Virus record (IMG/VR): IMGVR_UViG_3300019889_000008
Coordinates: 1-64,000 of that record
Origin: a virus
Direction: 5' to 3' (one strand)
Length of the DNA: 64,000 nt
Under the pieces are notes generated by a model. That model saw only the letters and a program-made list of their open reading frames with translations. It was not told where the DNA came from and ran no database searches. A program made the translations under genes and the position numbers. This document shows positions 1 to 10,404 of this stretch, one piece after another; the first letter of the stretch is position 1; the number at the start of each line of letters is the position of its first letter.

Positions 1-275
1 AAGACGCTTTAGACGCCGCAGTAAAATGAGGGGGGCTCAGGTTTGTGCCGCGGCTAAAACGCAATAAAAAGTCGTTTTGTGCGCGACGCACTGAAATTGC
101 AGGGGAATTCCCTTGCATTCACAAGCACAGGCGAAAGCCAAAGTCACCAGCATCACCTCGGGAAAGGCCCGGATCGGTCCTTTCCAGCGCCGGAAAAGGT
201 CCGGATCGGCCCTTCAATGCTTGGCCAGCCGCGATCTGACCCGCCAACAGCCCGATTATAACCCGGATAAAACCC

Positions 276-1637
276 ATGCCGAAGGCCAAGTCGACCCCGC
301 CGCAGCCACTGCTGGAGGCCGATGGCACCCCGGTGCTATGGCCGGCTGACCACGTCGAGCGGTGGCCAATCGACAAACTGGTGCCCTACGCCCGGAATGC
401 GCGGACGCATTCGGACGAACAGATCGCGCAGATCATGGCGTCGATGCGGGAGTGGGGCTGGACGAACCCGGTCCTCATGGACGAGGCCGGCGGCATCATC
501 GCTGGCCACGGCCGGGTCCTGGCCGGCCAGCGGCTCGGGTTCGACACCGTGCCGGTCATGGTGGCCCGCGGCTGGAGCGAGGCGAAGAAGCGGGCTTACA
601 TCCTGGCCGACAACAAACTGGCGCTCAACGCCGGGTGGAACGACGAACTGCTGCGTCTGGAGATCGCCGATCTCGACGCGATGGGCATTGATATCCCGAT
701 GCTCGGCTGGACCGAGAAGGAACTGGACAAGTTGATGGGCGGCGGCAAGGCGGGGCTCACGGACCCCGATGCCGTCCCCGAGGAGCCGCCGGTCCCGGCG
801 ACCCTGCCGGGCGACCTGTGGCAGCTCGGCGGCCATCGCGTGATCTGTGGGGACGCCACCGACAGCGCGACGGTCGGCCGACTGCTGGCCGGGGTGAAGC
901 CGCATCTCATGGTGACCGATCCGCCCTATGGCGTGTCCTACGACCCGGCCTGGCGCAATGGCGTCGACCTCGGGCTCGGCGAGGGCAAGCGGTCCACCGG
1001 CAAGGTCCAGAACGACGATCGGGCCGATTGGTCGCCCGCCTGGGCCCTGTTCCCCGGCGACGTGGCCTATGTCTGGCACGGCGGTGCCCATGCCGACACG
1101 GTGGCCCAGAGCCTCCGGATCGAGGGGTTCCAGATGCGGTCGCAGATCATCTGGGTCAAGCAGCACTTCGTGGTCAGCCGGGGCGACTATCACTGGATGC
1201 ATGAGCCCTGCTGGTACGCGGTCCGCAAGGGCAAGACCGGGCATTACAACGGGGATCGCAAGCAGACCACGGTTTGGGAGATCCGCAACAACAACCCGAT
1301 GGGCGGCGGCTCGACCAAGGAGAAGACCTGGGATCACGGCACGCAGAAGCCGGTCGAGTGCATGCGCAAGCCGATCGAGAACAACTCCTCCGCCGGCCAG
1401 GCCGTTTATGATCCCTTCCTCGGATCGGGCACGACGATCATCGCGGCCGAGATGATGGGCCGCGCCGGCTACGGCTGCGAACTGAGCCCCGGCTATTGCG
1501 ACGTGATCGTCAAGCGGTGGCAGGAGTTCACGGGCGAGGACGCCCGCCTGGACGGGACCGGCGAGACCTACGAGGCCGTCCTGGCCCGGCGGATGCAGAT
1601 GCCGACGCATCCCGAGCTGGCCAAGACGGTCCAGTGA
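276..1637 (+). CDS. ParB/Srx-like N-terminal domain fused to amino (N6A/N4C) DNA methyltransferase
   Basis: N-term LVPYARNARTH..GWTNPVL..IIAGHGR (ParB-like); TDPPY catalytic motif; HGTQKP and DPFLGSGTT SAM-binding motif; position upstream of terminase. Confidence 0.92.
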   Translation: MPKAKSTPPQPLLEADGTPVLWPADHVERWPIDKLVPYARNARTHSDEQIAQIMASMREWGWTNPVLMDEAGGIIAGHGRVLAGQRLGFDTVPVMVARGWSEAKKRAYILADNKLALNAGWNDELLRLEIADLDAMGIDIPMLGWTEKELDKLMGGGKAGLTDPDAVPEEPPVPATLPGDLWQLGGHRVICGDATDSATVGRLLAGVKPHLMVTDPPYGVSYDPAWRNGVDLGLGEGKRSTGKVQNDDRADWSPAWALFPGDVAYVWHGGAHADTVAQSLRIEGFQMRSQIIWVKQHFVVSRGDYHWMHEPCWYAVRKGKTGHYNGDRKQTTVWEIRNNNPMGGGSTKEKTWDHGTQKPVECMRKPIENNSSAGQAVYDPFLGSGTTIIAAEMMGRAGYGCELSPGYCDVIVKRWQEFTGEDARLDGTGETYEAVLARRMQMPTHPELAKTVQ

Positions 1638-1655
1638 CACCGAAAGGGCAATCCC

Positions 1656-1937
1656 ATGAGCTATTCCTTCAGCGTGGCGGCCGACACTAAGGCCGAGGCC
1701 AAGGTCCAGATCGCGGCAGAGTTCGACCGCATCGTCAGCACGCAGCCGATTCACGCCGCGGACCGCGAGGTGGCCCAGGGTGCTGCGGAATCGTTCGTCG
1801 ATCTCGTCAGCGAGCCGGCTGAAAATCAGACGCTCGTTGTCAACGTCCATGGCTCCGTCAGTTGGCTCAACGAGGACGACTTTCAGGGTGCGAACGTGGG
1901 CATCGGCGTGCAGATCGTCGCCAAGGCCCAGGAGTAA
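1656..1937 (+). CDS. hypothetical protein
   Basis: 93 aa ORF with purine-rich leader and operon-like spacing. Confidence 0.7.
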   Translation: MSYSFSVAADTKAEAKVQIAAEFDRIVSTQPIHAADREVAQGAAESFVDLVSEPAENQTLVVNVHGSVSWLNEDDFQGANVGIGVQIVAKAQE

Positions 1938-1945
1938 GTCGTCCT

Positions 1946-2125
1946 ATGATGCTCCGCGCTGATCTGCCGCCCGACTTCGTCGCCGCGGAGTTCGAACGCC
2001 TGGACGTCACCCTCCGCACCATGGCGATGGTGATGGCCGTCGATGCCGCTGCCCTGCGCGCCTACTGCCAAGCCTATGGCCGATGGGCCGAGGCCGAGCG
2101 ATGCAGAGTCGCCGGCTCTCGCTGA
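1946..2125 (+). pseudogene. truncated terminase small subunit-like fragment
   Basis: Encodes AYCQAYGRWAEAER; 2059-2100 matches 2521-2562 inside terS at 40/42 nt. Confidence 0.55.
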
Positions 2126-2508
2126 TCGAAGCCTGCACGTCCACCGCGATCGGGTTCGTCGTCGCCCTGGCCGCGCAGATCGTCGTGTTTCCGCTCTTCG
2201 GGCTCCACGCCAGCATCGGGGACAACGTCCTGATCGGGGCGATCTTCACCGCCGTATCCATCGCCCGATCGTATCTGGTGCGGCGCCTGTTCGAGACCTT
2301 GCATGTCCAAACTCAGATCCTCGGCCAAGCCGACCGCGCTGAAGCTGATCCAGGGCAATCCCGGCAAGCGCCCGATCAACAAGCGGGAGCCGCGGCCGGC
2401 GAACGTGGTCCCCGACCCGCCCGAGGTGCTGTCGACGGCCGCTGCGATCGAATGGATGCGGATCACGCCAGAACTTCATGCCCTTGGGCTGCTGACCGGC
2501 CTCGATAG
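2101..2508 (+). CDS. small membrane protein (two hydrophobic helices); 3' end overlaps terS
   Basis: MQSRRLSLIEA..IGFVVAL..IFTAVSIARSYLVRRLF resembles a common phage family found before terminases. Confidence 0.6.
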   Translation: MQSRRLSLIEACTSTAIGFVVALAAQIVVFPLFGLHASIGDNVLIGAIFTAVSIARSYLVRRLFETLHVQTQILGQADRAEADPGQSRQAPDQQAGAAAGERGPRPARGAVDGRCDRMDADHARTSCPWAADRPR

Positions 2509-2785
2509 GGCCGTGCTCGCCGCCTACTGCCAAGCCTATGGCCGATGGGTCCAGGCCGAGCGCGGCATCGCCGAGATGGCGAAGAAGGACATGCTGACCG
2601 GCGGCCTGATGATCCGCACCAGCAACGGCAACGCCATCCAGAACCCGCTCGTCGGCACCGCCCACAAGGCTGCCGCGGACATGGTCCGGTATGCCTGCGA
2701 ATTCGGCATGAGCCCGGCCGCCCGGTCCCGCATCGCCGCTGGGCCGATCGACGACGGGTCGAAGTTCGACGGGCTGCTTGCCTAA
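2303..2785 (+). CDS. terS: terminase small subunit, P27 family
   Basis: KPTALKLIQGNPGKRPIN, YCQAY, NP, EFGMSPAARSRI; directly upstream of terL. Confidence 0.93.
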   Translation: MSKLRSSAKPTALKLIQGNPGKRPINKREPRPANVVPDPPEVLSTAAAIEWMRITPELHALGLLTGLDRAVLAAYCQAYGRWVQAERGIAEMAKKDMLTGGLMIRTSNGNAIQNPLVGTAHKAAADMVRYACEFGMSPAARSRIAAGPIDDGSKFDGLLA

Positions 2786-4367
2786 GAAGCGGGGCGCGTT
2801 CCCGGAGCGCGCAGAGAGGGTCCGCCGCTTCATCGAGTGCTTGGTCGTCCCGAGCGGTGTCGGCCAGGGCGGCCGGTTCCGGCTGCGGCCCTTTCAGCGG
2901 AAATTCATCAAGGCGATCTATGAGCCCCACACCTTCAAGGGGCGGAACTGGCGCCGGGTGGTGCGGCGGGCGATCCTGTCGATCGGCCGCAAGAATGGCA
3001 AGACCGCGCTGATCGCGGCGCTCGTGCTCGTCCATCTGTGCGGGCCCGAGGCGATCCGGAACGGCGAGATCTACTCGGCCGCCAATGAACGCGAGCAGGC
3101 CGCCCAGGTCTTCAAGGTCTGCCAGCAGATGATCCTGGCCGACCCGGAATTGCGTTCTCGAGCTGGGCTTGAGGTGATCCCGTCGACCAAGACCATCCTC
3201 TGCCGGCGCAACGGCAGCGTGTATCGGGCGATCTCGGCCGAGGCCGGGACCAAGATGGGCTTGAACCCGAGCGTGGTCGTCTATGACGAACTGGCGCAAA
3301 GCAAGAACCGGGCTCTCTACGATGCGCTCGATACCGGCATGGGCGCCCGCGAGGAGCCGCTCTTCATCGTCATCAGCACGCAGAGCAATGACCCGCAGCA
3401 CATCCTCTCGCAACTGATCGATGACGGGCTCCGGGCGGAAGACCCAACGATCGTTTGCCACCTATACGCCGTCCCCGACGATGCCGAGGACGTCTTCGAC
3501 GAAAGCGTCTGGAGCATCGCGAATCCGGCCCTGGACGATTTCCGCAGCCTGGAGGACATGCGGGCGATGGCGGCACGGGCGGCCCGCATGCCTTCGTTCG
3601 AGAGCACCTTCCGCAACCTCTACTTGAACCAACGGGTCGACTCGCAGAGCCCGGTCATCCCGCGGGCCGAATGGGAAGCCTGCCAGGCCGGCGAAACGCT
3701 GAAGCCGGGCGAGCGGATCTATCTCGGGCTCGACCTGTCGGCCACGACCGATCTGTCCGCGCTCGTCGGCTGCTCGGCCGATGACGGCGATCGGGTTTCG
3801 TCGTGGTTCTGGAAGCCCGGTGACTTGCTCCGTGACCACGAGCTGCGGGACCGGGCGCCCTATACCCTCTGGAAAGCGCAGGGGTGGCTCCAGGCGCCGC
3901 CCGGCAAGGCCATCGACTACGGCTACATCGCCGAGCAAATCGCCGCCCTGCAAACCGACTACGACGTTGCGGCCCTCGCCTTCGACCGCTGGCGCATCAA
4001 GGATCTGATGCGGGAGTTCGAACGGATCGGCTTGCAGACCTACGCCGACGACGACAAGCCGATCCCCGGTGCCCTGCGGCTGGTGTCCTGGGGCCAGGGC
4101 TTCCGGGACATGAGCCCGGCGATCGACGCCCTGGAGATCTCCATCTTGCAGCGCCGGTTCGCCCATGACGGCAACCCGGTGCTCAACTTCTGCATTGCCA
4201 ATGCCACGGCGGTTAGCGATCCGGCCGGCAACCGCAAATTGGACAAGTCGGCGACCCGGTTCCGGATCGACGGCGCCGTGGCCTGCGCCATGGCAGTCGG
4301 CCTCAAGGCCCGCGATCTCCAGCGGGTGGTGCAGCCGTCCTATCAGATGCTCTTCGTCGGAGGGTAG
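2778..4367 (+). CDS. terL: terminase large subunit
   Basis: Walker A GRKNGKT, YSAANEREQA, Walker B VVYDELA, nuclease GLDLS..TDL, DRW, RIDGAVA. Confidence 0.96.
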   Translation: MPKKRGAFPERAERVRRFIECLVVPSGVGQGGRFRLRPFQRKFIKAIYEPHTFKGRNWRRVVRRAILSIGRKNGKTALIAALVLVHLCGPEAIRNGEIYSAANEREQAAQVFKVCQQMILADPELRSRAGLEVIPSTKTILCRRNGSVYRAISAEAGTKMGLNPSVVVYDELAQSKNRALYDALDTGMGAREEPLFIVISTQSNDPQHILSQLIDDGLRAEDPTIVCHLYAVPDDAEDVFDESVWSIANPALDDFRSLEDMRAMAARAARMPSFESTFRNLYLNQRVDSQSPVIPRAEWEACQAGETLKPGERIYLGLDLSATTDLSALVGCSADDGDRVSSWFWKPGDLLRDHELRDRAPYTLWKAQGWLQAPPGKAIDYGYIAEQIAALQTDYDVAALAFDRWRIKDLMREFERIGLQTYADDDKPIPGALRLVSWGQGFRDMSPAIDALEISILQRRFAHDGNPVLNFCIANATAVSDPAGNRKLDKSATRFRIDGAVACAMAVGLKARDLQRVVQPSYQMLFVGG

Positions 4368-4545
4368 GCGGCCCGGCGACCGGCTTCGATCTTGGGGAGG
4401 GGCGAAACCACCGGAGAAGCCCCGACCGGAGAAGTCTCCGGGGTAGCAGGGCTAACGGTTTCCGCCGGGCCGATCCGAAGATACGGCACAGATCAGAGAC
4501 CTACAAGGGCGCAGTTGTGCGCCCTTTTGCTTTTGGAGCCTGCCC

Positions 4546-6516
4546 ATGCTCGATCGGGCTTACAGCATCCTGCATATCCGGTCCGTCGATGAAGACGCCC
4601 GAGTGATCGAAGGCATCGCCTCGACCCCGCGGGCGGACCGGATGGGCGACATCGTCGAGCCCATGGGCGCGCAGTTTGCGCTGCCGATGCCCCTCCTGTT
4701 TCAACATGACGCGCGGCAGCCCATCGGCCATGTCGAGTTCGCCAAGCCGACCAAGGACGGCATCCCGTTCCGCGCAGTGATCGCAAAGATCGCCGACGCC
4801 GGCAAACTCCGGGATCGGGTCGATGAAGCGTGGCAGTCGGTCAAGGCCGGCCTCGTTCGCGCCGTGTCGATCGGCTTCCGGGCCATCGACCGTGAATTCA
4901 TGGAAGGCGGCGGCATCCGCTTCAAGACCTGGGAATGGCTCGAACTGAGCGTCGTGACCATCCCGGCCAATGCCGACGCCACCATTACCACCATCCGATC
5001 GATCGACACCGAACTCAGGGCCGCGTCCGGCCAGCGAGTGCGGGTGAACCTGAATCCCCGTGAAGCCACGGGGCCGATCGGCACGTCCACCACTCTGCCC
5101 GGCGCCTCGGGCTCCCTGAAACAGAATGCGAAGAAAGGGGCCAAGGCTATGCCGAGGACCATCGCAGAGCAGATCACTGCTTTTGAGAACAGCCGCGCCG
5201 CCAAGGCGGCCCGGATGGGCGACATCATGAACACCGCCGGCGAGGAAGAGAGCACCCTCGACACCGAGCAGGCGGACGAATACGACGGCCTCCGCGACGA
5301 GGTGCGGGGCATCGATGACCACCTGGCGCGGCTCCGCGAGCAGGAGGCCATCCAGGCCGTTGTCGCCAAGCCGGTCAACGCGGTCGATACCCGCTCGGGC
5401 AGCGACGCCCGCGGCAGTCAGATCGTGATCGTCCGCGACACGAAGCTGCCGCCCGGCATCGAGTTCGCCCGCTACGTCAAGGCGCTCGCCGCGGCGAAGG
5501 GCAACCCGCAGATCGCCTATGAGATCGCGAAGTCGCAGTACCCCGACAACTCGCGCATCCATAGCGTCCTGAAGGCCGCGATCACGGCCGGCACCACGAC
5601 CGACCCGACCTGGGCCGGCCCGCTGGTGGACTATCAGGTTTTCGCCGGGGACTTCATCGAGTTCCTCCGCCCGACGACCATCCTGGGCAAGTTCGGCGCG
5701 AACGGCATCCCGTCGCTCTTCAACGTGCCGTTCAACATCAAGATCCCGGCTCAGACCAGCGGCGGCAACGCCTACTGGGTCGGCGAGGGCAAGCCCAAGC
5801 CCCTGACCAAGTTCGATTTCTCGCAGATCGAACTGCGCTGGGCCAAGATCGCGACCATCGCGGTCCTGACCGAGGAGCTGGTCCGCTTCAGCAACCCGTC
5901 CGCGGACGCGCTCGTCCGTAACGCCCTGGCCGATGCGGTTCGGGCCCGGATGGACATCGACTTCATCGACCCGGCGAAGGCGGCCTCGGCCAATGTCAGC
6001 CCGGCGTCGATCACCAACGGCGTTACCCCGATCGCGTCGACCGGCGACGTCTCCGCCGATCTGGATGCCCTCTACACGGCATTCATCACCGCGAACCTCT
6101 CGACCGCGAACGCCGTGTTCGTGATGAGCGAGATCCTCGCCCAGCAGATCTCGCGGGTGAAGACCCCGCTCGGCGCGGCCGAGTATCCCAACATCGGGCC
6201 GCGTGGCGGCTCCCTGGAGGGCGTGCCGGTCATCACGTCGCAGTATGTCCCGGCCGGGCTGATCATCCTCGTGGCGACCGATCAGGTCTACCTCGCGGAC
6301 GATGGGCAGGTTGTGATCGACGCCTCCCGCGAAGCGTCGCTGGAGATGCTCGACAACCCGACCAATGCCTCGGCGCCGCCGACCGCGACGTCGCTGGTCT
6401 CGCTGTGGCAGACCAATAGCATCGGCATCAAGGCCGAGCGCTTCATCAACTGGCAGAAGCGCCGGGTCGAAGCGGTGGCCTATGTCGAGGACGCCGACTA
6501 CACGCCGACGACCTAA
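4546..6516 (+). CDS. HK97-type prohead protease fused to major capsid protein
   Basis: Protease motifs DRMGDIV, LLFQHD, SIGFR, ELSVVTIPAN, then coiled-coil delta domain and capsid WVGEG, LWQTNSIGIKAERF; possible internal start at 5149. Confidence 0.95.
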   Translation: MLDRAYSILHIRSVDEDARVIEGIASTPRADRMGDIVEPMGAQFALPMPLLFQHDARQPIGHVEFAKPTKDGIPFRAVIAKIADAGKLRDRVDEAWQSVKAGLVRAVSIGFRAIDREFMEGGGIRFKTWEWLELSVVTIPANADATITTIRSIDTELRAASGQRVRVNLNPREATGPIGTSTTLPGASGSLKQNAKKGAKAMPRTIAEQITAFENSRAAKAARMGDIMNTAGEEESTLDTEQADEYDGLRDEVRGIDDHLARLREQEAIQAVVAKPVNAVDTRSGSDARGSQIVIVRDTKLPPGIEFARYVKALAAAKGNPQIAYEIAKSQYPDNSRIHSVLKAAITAGTTTDPTWAGPLVDYQVFAGDFIEFLRPTTILGKFGANGIPSLFNVPFNIKIPAQTSGGNAYWVGEGKPKPLTKFDFSQIELRWAKIATIAVLTEELVRFSNPSADALVRNALADAVRARMDIDFIDPAKAASANVSPASITNGVTPIASTGDVSADLDALYTAFITANLSTANAVFVMSEILAQQISRVKTPLGAAEYPNIGPRGGSLEGVPVITSQYVPAGLIILVATDQVYLADDGQVVIDASREASLEMLDNPTNASAPPTATSLVSLWQTNSIGIKAERFINWQKRRVEAVAYVEDADYTPTT

Positions 6517-6518
6517 GC

Positions 6519-7067
6519 GTGATCTGGCACGCGACGCCCTGGCTCTCGGGCAACATCGGCGGCGGGTTGAACCTGTTCGTCGAGCGGTTGCCCGAGGACG
6601 CCTGGGTCTGCCTCCGCGATGGCGACACTCTCTGGCTCACGTCGGATTGGGGCGCCCTCGTCGAGCGGGTTGTGGCCGAGCACGGTGATCAATATTCCGT
6701 GATCGGCTGCATGACCAATCGGCTCCGGTCGCCCCACCAACTCCATGGCGGCGCGTTCAATCAAGATCCGGACATAGGTCACCATCGGGAGATCGCACTC
6801 GGCCGGTGGGTCACGCATGGCACGGCCATCCAGCCGCTGCCCCGCGGGGTCCTGGCCGGCATGTGCCTGATCTTCCCCAAGCGGGTTTGGGTCGAGCACC
6901 CGTTCGAGGAGCGCTCGATCCACTTCGACAAGACCTTCTGCGAGGCGGTGCGGGCCGGCGGTGGCCGGCTCGGCATCGCCCTGGGGCTCTACCTCTTCCA
7001 TCTCTACCGCTGGGGCGCTCGCAATCCGAGCAATGCCGTGGCGCATCTGGCAGGAGCGGCCGGGTGA
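6519..7067 (+). CDS. glycosyltransferase-like (GT-A) protein
   Basis: WVCLRDGD (DxD), LAGMCLIF, FD..FC, GLYLFH motifs resemble a GT-A fold. Confidence 0.6.
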   Translation: MIWHATPWLSGNIGGGLNLFVERLPEDAWVCLRDGDTLWLTSDWGALVERVVAEHGDQYSVIGCMTNRLRSPHQLHGGAFNQDPDIGHHREIALGRWVTHGTAIQPLPRGVLAGMCLIFPKRVWVEHPFEERSIHFDKTFCEAVRAGGGRLGIALGLYLFHLYRWGARNPSNAVAHLAGAAG

Positions 7068-8446
7068 AAATCGGGATCGGCATCACCACTCACAACCGGC
7101 GCGACACCTTCCTGCGGAGCCTTGCCGAGATCCGGCGGTTCGCCCCGCGGGGAACGACGATTGTCGTCGTTGACGATGCCAGCACCGAGCCGGCGCCAGG
7201 CGCAACCTTCCGGTTCGAGAAGAACGTCGGCATCGCTCAGGCCAAGAACAAATGCCTGGAGTTGCTCGACGACGCCGGCTGCGACGAGATCTTCCTCTTC
7301 GACGACGACACCTATCCGCTCTGCGCGAACTGGTGGCGGCCCTACGTCGAGAGCGCCGAGCCGCATCTGATGTACATCTTCACCGACTTTCGGGACCACC
7401 CGACGCTCCGGGACACGGCCAAGCTTTACGCCGACAGCAAGATCACCGCCTACAGCCATGCCCGCGGCTGCATGCTCTACCTCAACCGGGTTTGCCTGGA
7501 GCGGGCCGGCGGCATGAACCCCGGCTTCGGCCGCTGGGGATGGGAGCACCCGAACCTTTCTGAGCGGATCTACAATCTCGGGTTGACGACCTTCCGCTAC
7601 GCCGACGTCACCGGCAGCGAGCACCTGATCCACAGCGCCGACGAATTCCTGGAGGTGAAGTCGACCGTCCTCGGCGAGGAGCGGCAACGGTGGATCGCCC
7701 GGAACAAGAGCATGCACCTGGGCCTCCTTGGGGATGCCGACTTCGTCCCCTACCGCGCCACCGACGACGTGATCGTCACGTCCTACTTCGCCGGACAGCC
7801 CGACCCCCAGCGCGGGGTCGCGATGACGCCCAACTACGACGATCTTCTGCCGCTGGTGAACAGCATCCGCGGCCAGCGGCTCGTGATCCTGCACGATTGC
7901 CTGGATGCGCCCGACACCGAGCACGTCCAGCACGTCCGCGTCGAGACCAGCATCTCGCCCTATTTCCAACGGTGGATCTCGATCCTGCAATACCTGCGGG
8001 CGAACCCCGAGATCGGGCGCGTTTTCTGCGTCGATGCGACCGACGTTGAACTGTTGAACGATCCGTTCGAGCAGATGGCCGACCATCTCTACGTCGGCGA
8101 CGAGCCCTCGCGGACCGCGTGCCCTTGGATGGTCCAGCAGCACCGGGCCGTCTTCCTGCTGGAGTTCTTCCGCCGCCACGGCAGTCAGCCGCTGCTCAAT
8201 GCTGGCCTCGTCGGCGGCCGGCGGACGCTGGTGGTGCAGTTCCTGCGCCGGCTCATCTCGGTCTATTTCGACTGCCTGGAAGCGGCGGCGATCAAGCGGC
8301 TGCCGGGCCCCGGAAATACCGACATGGGCGTCTTCAACTACACCGCTCGAACCTTCTTCGCCGGCCGGCTCAAGCATGGCCGCGAGGTCAATACCGTCTT
8401 CAAGACCTTCTCGAAGGACGGCCCGAGCTGGTTTCGCCACAAGTAG
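7064..8446 (+). CDS. glycosyltransferase family 2 with second GT-like C-terminal domain
   Basis: GTG overlapping upstream stop; ITTHNR, VVVDDAS, NVGIAQAKN, FLFDDD, GWEH; second domain FCVDATDV..LLNAGLVGG..DMGVFN. Confidence 0.88.
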   Translation: MKIGIGITTHNRRDTFLRSLAEIRRFAPRGTTIVVVDDASTEPAPGATFRFEKNVGIAQAKNKCLELLDDAGCDEIFLFDDDTYPLCANWWRPYVESAEPHLMYIFTDFRDHPTLRDTAKLYADSKITAYSHARGCMLYLNRVCLERAGGMNPGFGRWGWEHPNLSERIYNLGLTTFRYADVTGSEHLIHSADEFLEVKSTVLGEERQRWIARNKSMHLGLLGDADFVPYRATDDVIVTSYFAGQPDPQRGVAMTPNYDDLLPLVNSIRGQRLVILHDCLDAPDTEHVQHVRVETSISPYFQRWISILQYLRANPEIGRVFCVDATDVELLNDPFEQMADHLYVGDEPSRTACPWMVQQHRAVFLLEFFRRHGSQPLLNAGLVGGRRTLVVQFLRRLISVYFDCLEAAAIKRLPGPGNTDMGVFNYTARTFFAGRLKHGREVNTVFKTFSKDGPSWFRHK

Positions 8447-8454
8447 AGGTCGCC

Positions 8455-8757
8455 GTGCCCGAACTGATCTCCCTCACCTCCATGCGCTACCGGCATCGCC
8501 TGCTGCGCCCCGGTGTGCCGTTCATGGTCCCGACCACGGCCGAGGCTGCCCTGCTGAAGCTGGCCCGCAAGGCCCGTGATCCGGAGCCCGAGGCCCCGGC
8601 GCCAGCGCCCAAGCCCAGGGCCATGGAGGCCACGGCCAAGGCCCTGGAGGCCGAGCCCGAGGGCCTGGACGCCGAGGGCGACGACAAACCGGCCAGGCCG
8701 ACCCTGAAGCTGAAGCCGCCCCGCTACCAGCGCCGGGACATGCGCTCCGATGACTGA
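8455..8757 (+). CDS. hypothetical head-associated protein
   Basis: GTG start after GAGG; ends in RYQRRDMR motif typical of genes between capsid and portal. Confidence 0.6.
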   Translation: MPELISLTSMRYRHRLLRPGVPFMVPTTAEAALLKLARKARDPEPEAPAPAPKPRAMEATAKALEAEPEGLDAEGDDKPARPTLKLKPPRYQRRDMRSDD

Positions 8758-9016
8758 GCCCTATGCCGACCTGTGGCCCAAGGAGCCGGCGGCCGAGCCC
8801 GGCGACGAACCGGTGCTCCACGTCCGCGTGCTGGAGGGTGATCTCCAGCGGTTGCGGCTACGCCGGGGCGACAAGATCGTCGTCATGGTCCGCCATCGGA
8901 TCTCGGACAACGAGGCCGAGATGATCAGCCGCCAAACCGAGCGGAAGTTCCCTGGCCACGAGATCATCGTCCTCCCCGCGGGCTATAGCCTCGGGGTCAT
9001 CGAGGCACCGGAATAG
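8750..9016 (+). CDS. hypothetical protein
   Basis: Overlapping start, operon context. Confidence 0.6.
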   Translation: MTEPYADLWPKEPAAEPGDEPVLHVRVLEGDLQRLRLRRGDKIVVMVRHRISDNEAEMISRQTERKFPGHEIIVLPAGYSLGVIEAPE

Positions 9017-9018
9017 CT

Positions 9019-10404
9019 ATGCGCATCTTCGGGCTCTCGATCACCAGGGCGGATGCCACCAAGGCGCTGCCGACCAATCTGCGTCCGCCGAACAATCGTG
9101 GCGGCTGGTGGCCGATCATCCGGGAGCCCTATGCCGGCGCTTGGCAGCAGAACGTCGAGTGGACCACCGACGAGGTGCTGGCGTTCCCCGCGGTCTTCCG
9201 CTGCATCAGCCTGATCAGCAACGACATCGCCAAAATGGCGCTCATGCTGGTCAAGTGGGCAGATGGGATCTGGACCGAGACCGAGAGCCCTTCGTTCTCG
9301 CCGGTCCTGGCCAAGCCCAACGCCTACCAGACCCGCATCCAGTTCTATCAGTCCTGGGTCATCTCCAAGCTGGTCAACGGCAACGCCTACATCCTCAAGG
9401 AGCGGGATCAGCGCGGCGTTGTCGTGGCGCTCTATGTGCTCGACCCGTGGCGGGTCCGCCCGATGATCTCGGATGACGGCTCGGTCTTCTACCAGCTTGC
9501 GGTCGACACCCTCTCCGGGCTCGAAAAGAGCGTCACCGTCCCGGCCCGCGAGATCATCCATGACCGGTGGAACACGCTCTACCACCCGCTCGTCGGCGTC
9601 TCGCCGATCTTCGCTTGCGGCCTGGCGGCGATGCAGGGCCTCAAGATCATGCAGAACTCGGCGACCTTCTTCGCCAACGGATCGCAGCCCGGCGGCATCC
9701 TGACTGCGCCTGGCGCGATCTCCGACGAGACCGCGGGCCGGCTCAAGACACATTGGGATGCCAACTACACCGGCACCAACGTCGGCCGCGTGGCCGTGCT
9801 GGGCGACGGGCTCAAGTATGAGTCCATGGCCCTGTCGGCCACGGATTCGCAACTGATCGAGCAGCTCCGCTGGACCGGCGAGGTGGTGTGCTCGACCTTC
9901 GGCGTTCCCGCGTACATGGCTGGGATCGGGCCGATGCCGGCCTATAACAACATCGAGGCGCTGTCGCAGCAGTATTACTCGCAGTGCCTTCAGATCCTCA
10001 TTGAGAGCATCGAACTCTGCCTCGGCGAGGGGCTGGCGCTGCCGAAGCCCTACGGCGCCCGGTTCTCGATCGACGATCTGCTGCGGATGGACACGGCCAC
10101 CATGGTCAAGGCCGAGGCCGACGCGGTCGGCGCCGGCATCAAGTCGCCGAATGAGAGCCGGCTCCGCCTCAACCTGCCGCCGGTCAAGGGGGGCGGGACC
10201 CCGTATCTCCAGCAGCAGAACTACTCGCTCGCCGCCCTGGACGAGCGCGACAGCAACGACCCGTTCGCGCTGCCGCCGGCCCCGGCGCCCCAGGTTCCGG
10301 CGCCGGCTGATGACCAGGGGGATGACGAGCCGCCGGTCGACGAGGCCGTGGCCGCTTCCTTCGCAGCGCGGCTGACCCGGCGGCTGCTCCAGGCGGCTGC
10401 ATGA
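9019..10404 (+). CDS. portal protein, HK97 family
   Basis: [50 protein letters not shown]. Confidence 0.95.
   Translation: MRIFGLSITRADATKALPTNLRPPNNRGGWWPIIREPYAGAWQQNVEWTTDEVLAFPAVFRCISLISNDIAKMALMLVKWADGIWTETESPSFSPVLAKPNAYQTRIQFYQSWVISKLVNGNAYILKERDQRGVVVALYVLDPWRVRPMISDDGSVFYQLAVDTLSGLEKSVTVPAREIIHDRWNTLYHPLVGVSPIFACGLAAMQGLKIMQNSATFFANGSQPGGILTAPGAISDETAGRLKTHWDANYTGTNVGRVAVLGDGLKYESMALSATDSQLIEQLRWTGEVVCSTFGVPAYMAGIGPMPAYNNIEALSQQYYSQCLQILIESIELCLGEGLALPKPYGARFSIDDLLRMDTATMVKAEADAVGAGIKSPNESRLRLNLPPVKGGGTPYLQQQNYSLAALDERDSNDPFALPPAPAPQVPAPADDQGDDEPPVDEAVAASFAARLTRRLLQAAA

Noticed and set aside
2059-2562. DGR template/variable repeat pair
   Set aside because: Mismatches are not at adenines and no reverse transcriptase is in the window
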